From the NCBI RefSeq assembly GCF_009914755.1, contig NC_060925.1: 64,000 nucleotides of DNA; one strand, 5' to 3'. Positions within the stretch are counted from its first letter, which is position 1. Each line of letters starts with the position of its first letter. The notes under the pieces are model-generated. The model was not told where the DNA came from and made no database searches. It was given only the letters and a program-made list of their open reading frames with translations. The DNA comes from the human T2T-CHM13v2.0 reference genome, Homo sapiens. A program made the translations under genes and the position numbers. Below, in pieces: positions 1 through 11,283 of this stretch.

Positions 1-547
1 AATCCGAAGCCACATTTCTGGGCTTTCCTGTAGCATACCCACCTAACTGGAAAATCTAAAAGTAAATACATTTTGAAGAGAGAGAGAGAGAAAAAAAAAA
101 AATAAGTTCCTGCTGCTCTCAGATGAGGCCTTTGCAACCTGTGAATGATGTTATCATTTTTTTGCCTGTACAAAAAATAGACAGCTTTATTTTCACTTTC
201 TTCTAAGTCATTTATGCGACTACAAAGGTGGTAGTGGGAGTCTCTGAGAATTGTTTTATAACACTGTGGTGCCCTCCTTTGAAAAACAAAACCAAATTAT
301 CCATGTATAGCACTAAGTGAGGTGGACCTGAGCAAGGCATAGCAATGTTTGCTTTCTGCAGACATCTGAAGTGGGAGCCATGGTGACCAGGCATACCTGA
401 TGGCCACACAGCTATCCCCCAGCACTCAGAGGAGCCATCACAGGGATATTAGATCACATTAACATTTTAAAACCTACTAATGCACTTATCACACTTACTC
501 AACTTGTCCGGTGGATCTGGTATTTCGATCAAAAGAGTTCTAAATAG

Positions 548-657
548 TAGGGGGACCAACTGTCTTGGTTGCTGGGGAATGAGGGATTTCCTGGGATGTG
601 AAACTTTCAGTAAAACAGGGACAGTCCCCCACAAACTGGGACAGTGGTCATCCTGCT
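548..657. mobile_element. Short hAT-Blackjack-like MITE (MER81/MER94-like)
   Basis: Termini TAGGGGGACCA...TGGTCATCCT resemble TAGGGTGACCA TIRs; internal GGGACAGTCCC. Confidence 0.55.
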
Positions 658-740
658 AAAGAGTGTCCCATTTTCCTATTGCTGATGCCAACAAAAAATG
701 ACAAGGCGAAGAGTAGAGACAGCACGACCCCTTCTTTAAA

Positions 741-1078
741 GCAGTGATTATCGAACTTTAGCCTGCCTCAGAATCCCTTGGAGGGCGCAGGAAAGTGGCT
801 TGACTAGAATTTCTGACTCAGTAGATCTGGGTAGGACCAAAGAATGTGCATTTCTAATGAGTCCCCACATGAGGCTGATACTGCTCGTCCAGGACTACAT
901 GTAAGAACCACTGCTCTAAACACTGGGTTCTTAGCTGCACATTGGAATCACCTGAAGACTTTTTAAAAAATGGGTGCTTTGATCTCACCCCTTAGAGGTT
1001 TTGATTTAATAGCTATGGAGGTATTTTTCAACCTTTCCAGGTAATTCTAATGTGCAACAAAGTCTGAGACCACTGCCC
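741..1078. mobile_element. Two adjacent MER5-type hAT-Charlie MITEs
   Basis: TCTGACTCAGTAG..GCATTTCTAA..AGAACCACTG and GCACATTGGAATCACCTG..TTCTAATGTGC..GAGACCACTG motifs. Confidence 0.75.
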
Positions 1079-1129
1079 TAAAAGGCACTGAATTCAGGAA
1101 ATGACTCGATTGACATTTGTTTCCTGACA

Positions 1130-1730
1130 TTTGTTCATTTGACATTCAACATGTACTTGTTGAGCAACTACTATGTGCCATGCACTATGACAGAGGCTGT
1201 CTGGTTAGACTATATATGATCCCTTCCTCAAGGAGCTTACTGTTTCAGGGAAAACACAAGAAAAACAAGTCAACGAAAAATAATATACAATTAAAAATTG
1301 AGATAAGAGCCCTGGAAAAAAAAAGAGCAGGGACCTAGGGATCTAGGGGAATAAGGGTATGGGGAGAACTATTCTGGACAGAGATGTCATTGAGGATGTC
1401 TCCAAGATGACATTTAAGCCAAAACCAGAAAAATGAAGGCCAGCCATCCTGCGTATGGAGAGAAAAGCACTCCAAGGAAGAGAAAAAGTTCTCAGAACTG
1501 TCGGTCGGGAGGGGAGTGCTCCTGGAGGCAGAGAGCTGGGCAGGGCGACCTGAGACAAGGTCATGGGTGGGGTGGACAGGGCCACATCCCTCCTAGACCA
1601 TGGGAACCAGCTGAAGTCATATTCTAAGTGCACTGGCAAGCACTGAGGGAGAACATTTCTGTTTTCATTTTATATTTGAAAGTATATACATTTTTAAGGC
1701 TGCCATGTGGAAAAGAGATTGGAAGCCTCT
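1130..1730. mobile_element. L2 3' fragment
   Basis: CATTCAACA..TTGAGCAACTACTATGTGCCA..AAGGAGCTTAC L2 tail signature. Confidence 0.65.
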
Positions 1731-3585
1731 GAACCCAGGTTCTTCACCAAAGACAGATGAGAGCGAGGGATTCAGATGGTGACGAGTCATGAGAATGTCT
1801 CCCAAGGGTTGCTGAGAAGGGCTGCATGGGGTACACCGTGTGCGGCTGTAGCTTTCGGGAGAAGAACTGTGAGTGCCAGTCACATACGGTGGCTGAGTGC
1901 ACGTCTCTTGTGCACTGCGTGGGCGAACTCACCAGATATTAAGTTACAGGCATCAGTTTAGCACCTCCACCTCTTTTCAGTGTGGACTTGGGCTGCAGGC
2001 TGTTCTAATGAGGGGCTGGCTTTACAGTTCCCTGTTAGATGAACTGGAGGTTCCAAGGCTGTCAGCCAAGCAGGGAAGTCCAACTCCAGGTCCTGCAGCC
2101 CAGGGATTCGGGACTCCCAGGTGCACGGCCATCTGCAGTCGCCCTTTGCATTGTGGGGGATTTTTAATCTGTTGGCCAGATGGAGGGTCGGAATAAATGG
2201 TTCTGGCAGTAACCAGACACCTGAGGTGGGAGGACAGCATGGAGGACGGTCTGTGGAAAAGCCTGTCCTGAGTAAGCAGGTGCAAACTCCCTCAGGACAA
2301 GAGAAGGGAGCTGTCTTGCAACACATACACGAACTCTTTGTCACTGTGAAATCCTTGCAGAATGCATTTGAGCTGAAACAAAATCCTCCTAAAGAGTACA
2401 TTAATAGTCCTCATGAGGCCTTTCACAGCTAAGAACCTCCACCTGGTCCTAAACTGCATGCAGGGGAAGGAAAGAAGGGCAGGCCTTGCTTCAGAGTTTT
2501 ACAGCCAGGGAAACAGAAATGGGGAGGAAGTGCAGGGCTGCCAGGGAAACGGAGACTTGGAGGAGGGCTAGTACTGCCTTAGGCTTAGAGGATGAGGACA
2601 TCAGAGCAGATGCCTAGGCCCCTGTTCTCAATGCTATCCTAGGACCCATACATTGCCTCCCTTGGGGATAGGAAGGATTTTGTGCCAGAGGATGCAGCTC
2701 AAGAAACCTTATCTCGGGGTGGAAGTGGGGCAGGATTGCATCCCATGCAATAACAGGGCTAAGGCAGAAGAGAACCTGAAGCCTGCACTGAGCACCTCTG
2801 AGATGAAATCGCTGTGCACTGGGTTTAAATAGGGATGACACCAGGATCGTCCCTATTTAAGCAACATTCAGGGGAGATGAGTGAAGATGGGCCTGAAAAA
2901 TGAGTCCAATAATGTTCTCAACAATAAATATTTACTAAGGGCAACCCATGTGCTAAGTACTGGGCTAGATGCCAGGAACAAGAGAGATCCTGACCTAGGT
3001 GAGGGAAAGAGACAGGGTAGCTACTTGGGCACAAAGGTTATATTTTATTTATCTCTGTATTATTCATGCCTGGCACTCAGCATATGGTTATTGAAAGCAA
3101 TGACTTAATGACTTAATAAATTAACTGAAGCAGGTCTGGCTATCAGTGGGCACTCCATGTCTATTTCTAAACAAATGAATGTGTTGCTTCTACAAAGGAC
3201 TCTGTGTACAAGATCTCTGGGAAGAAAGGTGGCAGATAACATAGGCGAGATGATGGAGGTTTGGAAAGAAAAGAATGTGGCAAGGATCAAGGCAAATAGT
3301 ATGAGGAAAAAGAAAGAAATGTTGAAACTAGGGGCAGAGAAAAGCTAGAGAGGAAAAGAAATGTAATCATGGCATAGTGCATACTTATTCTGGGGTCAAC
3401 AGTAGTTCAGGGTCATAAAAGCCTAGACATTATATTAGGAAGATGGAAGAGAAGAGCTGAGAAGCGTCAGTGTGTGAAAGAGTTACCTACCATTGCGGAA
3501 AATAAATAGATAATGTCCAAAATTGGTAAGTGAAGAAAAAGCACTAGAAGTTTATGTTTCGGGCATATGAAGGACAAAGAGTTAA

Positions 3586-3857
3586 AACGCGGTGGCTCTT
3601 GCCTGTAAACCCAGCAGTTTGGGAGGCCGAGGCGGACAGATCACGAGGTCAGGAGATCGAGAGCATCCTGGCTAACACGGTGAAACCCCGTCACTACTAA
3701 AAACACAAAAAATTAGCTGGGTGTGGTGGCGGGCGCCTGTAGTCTCGCTACTCGGGAGGCTGAGGCAGGAGAATGGCATGAACCCGGGAGGCAGAGCTTG
3801 CAGTTAGCCAAGATCGTGCCACCGCACTCTAGCCTGGGAGACAGAGAGACTCCATCT
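3586..3857 (+). mobile_element. AluY lacking poly(A) tail
   Basis: AluY-diagnostic ATCACGAGGTCAGGAGATCGAG..GGCTAACACGG; G-rich tract follows instead of A-tail. Confidence 0.9.
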
Positions 3858-4769
3858 GGGGGCAGGGTGCAGGGGGCGGGGCGGAGGGGGGAGTGGTTAC
3901 CCTCAGGCAAAAGGACAGGAGATGCCCTAAAAACTCCCCCGACTCTTTGGTTAGTCTGATTCCCTCCCCTGGCCCTAACAGCCTCCCCTGCTTAGATCCA
4001 AGTGGCAATAGGACCTGAGTCCCTTAGGCAGCCAACCCCACCCAAGCAGAAAGAAGAGACCAGGACATGAGCTGTAAAATGGAAAACAAGAACAGGCTTT
4101 TGAATAGAGAGGGATCGTGAGGCACCCCAGGCAGCTGTGAGGCTAACTTCCAAAGTCAGGATCTTTTAAAATGGTATTTGATTTTCTGGGTTGAATGGGA
4201 CACTTCAACCAAATATAAAAATCTCTTCCTTGGGCAACAGCTGAAATAATGAAGGAAACCACAGGAGGGAGGAGGGGGTCAGGGCAGGATCAAAGCTAAT
4301 CTCCTGGTTGCTCCTTGCTTAGATGGCTCGGTATGCCCCAGACCAATTCAGTCTCACGCTGCTCAAAGACAAGAAGAGGCTCTTAATAAAGAGAAGCATA
4401 ACATAGAGGTAGAGAACAGAATGCCAGGGCTGGAACTGGTCTCAGCAACCATCTTGTCTGACTCCCCCTTTGCATGAAAAAGGGGGTGGTAAAGTTCAGT
4501 GGGATTGGGCCATCTGTCTAAGGGCAATAGAGGCAGACAGGACAGTCAGGGCAATGCTGTCAACAGACTTTGCATGTTCTGACTCCTGTCCACCTGTCTA
4601 GTTCTCTTTTCCCTGGCTACACCATTAACAAGAAAGATAAGCAGAACAACCATCTCTATAGTGAGCACTGGCTGAGAATCAGGAGACCTGGATTCCAGCC
4701 CCAGCTCCATAGAAAATCAATTGTTTAACCTTGGAAAAGTCACTTAACACTACCCTGAATTTTTTTACT

Positions 4770-7700
4770 TGTGGGCTAGATGGCATTTCAGGAGGTTCCG
4801 GTTCCACCCTCACAAGGCAGGTTCCAAGTTTGGAGAGAGAGATTTCATACTCATGTTATGCTCAAAAGGTCTAATTCAATACCTAGATCACCAAGGCGTA
4901 CATATAGAAGCCCAGATTCCACAACTAAAGAATCAGGTTTTATACCTAGAGAGGCAGGATTCACATCAGGAGCTACTTTCCAACCCTGGAAAGTCAGGTT
5001 TCATAATTGGAAACCCAATTTCCATGTTTATAGAGCCAGGTTTTATGCGGAAGAGCAGAATATATATGCATAAAAAGGCAGGATTTACACCTAGGAGAGC
5101 TAAATATATCTCTGAAAGTCCATGTTTCATAAATGGAGTACAGGTTCCATGTTTATATGGTCAGGTTCAATGGCTGGGGATTGATATTCCATACACAGAG
5201 TGCCAGATTCCGTATCTGGGAGACCAGGTTCCATGCATGTAGAGTTGGCTTCTGTGACTCAAATGCCAGTTTCCATGCCCGGAGTTTTAGCTAGAGTGAC
5301 AGATTCCACACTTGTAAGGGTATGTTCCATATTTGGAGATTGAGAATTCATATACACAGTACCAGTTTCCGTGTTTGTAGGGGTGGGGCTTATATGGACG
5401 TCCCAATTAATGAAATGCCTGCAAGTCTAGGTTTCATACATGGAGTGCAAGATTCCATGACGGTAAGGCCAGTTTTCATGGATGGAGTTTTGAGATTCCA
5501 TACATATAATGCTAAGTTACTTGCTTTTAGGGCCAGGTCCCGTGGTTGAGTATTGAGGTTCTTATACAGTAAGTACCAATTTCAGCATTAGTAGTTCAAG
5601 TTTCACACTCAGAGACTGAGAGTTCATTCATGCATTGCCAGGTTCCATGCCTGGGGAAATAGGTTTTTAAGGCTTGGAGAGCCAACTTCTATGACTAAAA
5701 CCCAAGGTTTCATGCCTGGAATGCCAGATTCCACATTTATAAGGCCACGTTATACTAGAAGATTGAGATTCCACACATGGGGTGCCATGTTGAATGCTCA
5801 TAGGGCCAAGTTTCATGCTTTAAGTATATAGATTCTATGCTTGGAGATTGAAATTCCATAAATGCAGTACCAGATTCCATGTATGAACTGCAAGGTTAGA
5901 TGATTATTGAAATCCATACATGCGGTGCCAGATTCTATGCTTGTAGGGCCAAATTCCATACCTAGATATTGAAGTATCATACATGGATTCCTGGGTTCCA
6001 TACTTGTATGACCATGTTCCATGTTAGAGTTGAGATTCCAAACAGCTGGTGCCAGGTTCATGGTTTGGAGGCCAAGCTTCATGTTTTAGTGAGCAAACTT
6101 CTACAACTGAAACTCTAGGTTTCATGTCTGGGGTGACAGGTCACACACTTGTGAAGCCATGTTCCATGCTTAGAGTTAGAGATTTAATCCATTGAGTCCC
6201 AGTTCTGTGCTACTAGGGCCAGGTTCAATTTTTGGAGATTGAGTTTCCGTACATGGACTGCCAGTTTCCCTGTATGGGAAATGAGGTTCCTGATCTTGGA
6301 AAGCCAAGATCTATAATAAACATGCCAGGTGTCATGACTGGAGTGCCAGATTCCACACTTTTAAGGTCATGTTCCATGCTCAACACTGAGATTCCAAATA
6401 TGAAATGTTAGGTTTTATGCTTGTGGGTCTGTTCCATGTTGAAGATTGAGATTCCACACATAGAGTGCCATGTCCCATGCTTGTAGGGCCAGATTTTATG
6501 CATGGATATTGTGATTCCATATGGAGTCCCTAGTTCTATGCCTGGCATAACAGATTCCATGCAAGGAAATCCAACTTCTGTGAATGGCACACAAGTTCTG
6601 TCTGTGCAATTTCAGGTTTCAGCCTATTACGATTTTCCATGCTTTGAGATTTTGATTCTGAATATGGATTGCTAGGTTCCATGCTTGTATAGTCAGGATC
6701 CATCCTTGGAGGTTGAGATTACAGTCATGGTGTGCCAGGTTCTATACCTGGAGGTAGAGTTTTACAAATGGAGGATGAAGTAATAGCTTGGAAGTTTACA
6801 TTTCCACACTCTGCAAGACAGGTTTTACCTATAGATGGTAAAGTTCTTGCAATAGTTAATTTTATGTGTCAACTTGACTGAGCTAAGGAATGCCCAGATA
6901 GCTGGTAAAACATTATTTCTGGGTGTATCTGTGAGGGCATTTCTGGAAGAGGTTAACATTTAAATTGATAGACTGAGTAAAGAAGACCATTGTCATCAAT
7001 GTGGGTGGGCATCGTCCAATCCACAACGGCCCAATAGAACACAAAGGTTAAGAAAAGACAAAGTTGCTCTCTCTTATTGAGCTGGAACATCCATTTTCTC
7101 CTGCCCTTAGACACTGGAGCTTCTGCTTCTCTGGCCTTTGGACTCTGGGACTTAAATATATATCCTATTGGTTCTGTTTCTCTGGGGAATTCTAACTAAT
7201 ACAAATCCCAACATGAAGAGTAAGATTCCACTTCTGTAGATCAGGATTCATTACTTTCTTGGCCATATTTCATGCCTAGAAATACAGATTCCATAGTTGG
7301 AATGTCAAATTCTAGGCCTAATGCCCACCACATTGTATAATTGGAGGTCCAGATGATTGCCTTATGATTCGGGTTCTATAGAACATGTTTCATGATGGCT
7401 AATCCTTATTTTATACTTGGAAGTCCGGGTTCCATATTTGGAGAGTAAGATTCCAGGCCTGGATGGTGAGATTCAATACCTGGTAGGCCAGATGACATTA
7501 AGTTTCTACCCAAATTCCACAGAAGGCCAGGCCAGGTTACAAACTGAAAGAGAGAAATTTCACACAGTTTACAATGCATGCCATGCTTAAAGCCTAATTT
7601 CATGTCTACATGGCCTGAATCCACACATAAAAGCACTGGTTCCACACCTACTGTGCAGATTACATGCTGGTAAACCAGTTTCCGTGCTTGGAGAACCAAA

Positions 7701-9805
7701 TTCTGTGACAGAAGTGCCACGCTCCATATCTGAAGCTCCAGTCTCTTTGTGTGTATGGTCATGTTCCATGCTTGAACATTAAGATTCAGGTTCATACTTG
7801 GAAGGCCAGTCTCCACGCTTAGAGATTGAGATTCTACACATGGCGTGCTAAGTTCCAGTTTTATTAGTGGAGTCTGAAATTACCTTGATATTTACCTTTC
7901 TGCTCACAGAAAATCAGATTTTTTCCCATTTTAGGCCAAGTTCCTTACTTGGAGAACCAGATTCCTCTTCTACAGATCAGTTCTCATGAATGCAAGGTCT
8001 TGTTTCCTACTTAAAATTCCAAGTTCCATACTTGGAAGGTGAGATTTTGTGTCAAGTTGGCTAGATTCCATACCTGGTGGGCCAGGTGACATGCCATGAG
8101 ATTCGGGTTCCAACCTAGAAGGTCAGGTTCCAAGCCTGGAGAGAGGGATTTCTCACAGGCTCCCATGGCATGCCTGGAAGTCCTAATTCCATGCCTAAAA
8201 GGTCAAGTTCCATATCTAAAAGTAAAGGTTTCAATCCTAGAGTGTCATATGTAATGCCTGGGGAAGATCACAACTGGGGAGACTCTTCATGGCTAGACAT
8301 TCAGAATCCATGTGGGAAGGCCAGGTTCCATGTTTTAAGGGCCACATTCTACATAGAAGGAGCAAGTATTTATGCTTAGAAGTCTAGGTGTCATGGCCAG
8401 AGGTTCAAGTTCCATGCCTGTAGGGTTGGGGCTCATGGATTTCTACATTATATACTTGGAAAGGTAGACTTCACATCTAAAACACGTAAATCAGTTCCAG
8501 CTTTCCTACATGGAATGCCATATTACATGCTTTTGGGGCCAGATTCCCTGCTCAGAGGTTGAGATTTCTTTCATGGAATGCCAAGTTCCATGACTGTTGC
8601 ATGTTTCCAGTCTTGGATATTCTTGGATTCTATACATGAAGTGCCATCTTCCATGCATGGGGAGCACCAGGTTTCATGTCTTGGGCGACCAACTTCTATG
8701 ACTGAGACACAAGCTTAATGTCTGGAGTGCCAAGCAATATACTTATTAAGCCATGTTCCATATGGGGAGATTGAGATTCCACATATTGTGTTCCATTCCA
8801 TTCCTGAAAGTTTAAATTTCATGCTTGGAGATAGAGATCCTTACATGGGGTGTCAGGTTCCATGCTCTTAGGGTCAGAATCCATTCTGGAAATTGAGATT
8901 CCATACATGGAGTGCCAGATTTCATGCTTGTAGAGCCAACTTCCATGTTTGGATATTGGGATTCCACACATAGAGTGGCAGATTCTGTGCCTGGAGGCAT
9001 GGTTTTACCAATGGAGAGTCAATTCAGTGCCTGGAAGGCTACATTTCTACTCAGAAATTCAGGTTTTACCCACAGATGGCCAAGTTCCCAAAGTGGAGAG
9101 CCATATTACATTTCTTTGAATCAGGTTTCATGCTCATAACTCCATGTTTCATCTCTAGAAGTACAGATTCCATACTCGGAGGGTCATGGAACACCTGGAA
9201 GATGGCCAGGTTCCATACCTGATGGGCCAGACGCCATGACTTGCGGTTCAGGTTCAACCCACGGAAGACCATGATCCAACTTAGACAAAGAGGTTTCATA
9301 AAGCAGTAACTTATGGCATGCCTAGAAGGCCTGATTCCATGCTAGCGGCCCAGGATCCACATATAGAAGCCCAGGTTCCACACACACACATGTCGTATTT
9401 TATGCCTGGAAAGGAAGGATTCACACCTGGAGAGATATTCCATGTTTGGAAAGTCAGATTTTATATATGGAGGGACAGGTTCTGTGTTTAAAGGGATACA
9501 TTTTATACCTGTGTTGCAAGTTTTCATGCTTAGAGGCCTAGGTTCAATGCTTGGAGGTCCAGCCACTGGACCTGTACAGTGGCTTCTCATGTGGAGGACC
9601 AGATTGTATGCTTGGAAAAGGAGAAATAACACCAAGAAGACCTAAATCAGTTCCTGAAAGTTCAGAGTTCATATAGGACTTCAGGTTCTGTGTTTGGAGA
9701 TTGAGATTTCACATATGGATTGTCAGTTTCCAGCCTTGGAGAACAGGTTCCATATCTTAGATTTTTTAGAGAATCAATTTTCAATTTCCTAAATTCCAAA
9801 GGTAC
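4770..9805. repeat. Degenerate ~21-bp tandem array (consensus ~CCAGRTTCCATGCTTGGAGRG) with higher-order cassettes
   Basis: GGTTCCAT/GATTCCAT cores recur about every 21 nt over ~5 kb; interrupted by an MLT2 LTR. Confidence 0.88.
6848..7203. mobile_element. MLT2 (ERVL) solo LTR inserted in the 21-bp array
   Basis: Starts TG..GTTAATTTTATGTGTCAACTTGACT and ends CCTATTGGTTCTGTTTCTCTGG..CTAATACA, typical MLT2 termini. Confidence 0.88.
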
Positions 9806-9806
9806 T

Positions 9807-10425
<619 letters not shown>

Positions 10426-11129
10426 TGTTTCTTAAAATTAATATGTCTTATTGCATATGTGAGGTCAAGGTGTCATACTGTCTCATCATTTCCACCTCCT
10501 CTTTCACAATTCCCATTCTCCATTTTATTAAAAATGAATGAATGAATAAATGATTATCACATGTTTAAGGCTTCCTGAATTTAATTATGGGGCATTCCAC
10601 TGGGGTGTAATTACCTGCAGCATGATATTGTAGAACAACTCAATATATGGAAGCCTCCTTTAGTCAAGAAATTGTAATCCTACACTAAGGCTACATGTTT
10701 TTGTCTTTATATTTTTGATAAGGGTGCAGCATAATATAGAAACAAGGTATTTGGGGACATCCTGAATTCATGTATATTGAGGAGTGAAGTGGCAGGAATT
10801 ATGGCAAATTTTGTTGAAGGGTCTTGCCTTTTGCATTGCCTAATTATGATCAAATAATGCATTGCTACTATAGGAGAGTTCTGAGAGGGCAAAGTAGAGA
10901 GGCTCAGTACAAAATACAGAACTTACCAGAGCTCATTCCATCCTGGAGACAAACTTATGACAAGACTCTGTGCCTTATCCACCTCCCTGCCTCCTTTCCT
11001 TCCTGTCTTTTTATCCATCTTAGAATTAAGATATTTAAATTTTGTCTGAAGCATGTCAGAGAATAACAACATGCTATAAAATTTCACTTGTGTTCACCCA
11101 TGTGTCAGCTGAGTATTTTGCATTGTTAC

Positions 11130-11283
11130 ATTTTTATTTTACTGTATTTTATTTTATTTTTTTTTGAAATGGGGTCTAGCTATGTTGCAAACTCCTGGCC
11201 TCAAACTCCTGGGCGCAAGCAATCCTCCTGCCTTAGCCTCCCAAAATGCTAGGATTACAGGTGTGAGCCACTATGCCCTGCCT
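11130..11283 (-). mobile_element. Alu monomer (FLAM-like)
   Basis: Left-arm-only antisense Alu. Confidence 0.75.

Noticed and set aside
1740-2300. Mildly CpG-enriched patch with overlapping ORFs
   Set aside because: Too weak for a CpG island; no recognisable protein or exon structure.
4769-5242. 157-aa plus-strand ORF at the start of the array
   Set aside because: Non-ATG start; openness is expected from a 21-nt repeat; no promoter or splice support.
4770-9805. CRISPR-like array
   Set aside because: Eukaryotic DNA; units are contiguous and degenerate with no unique spacers and no cas genes.
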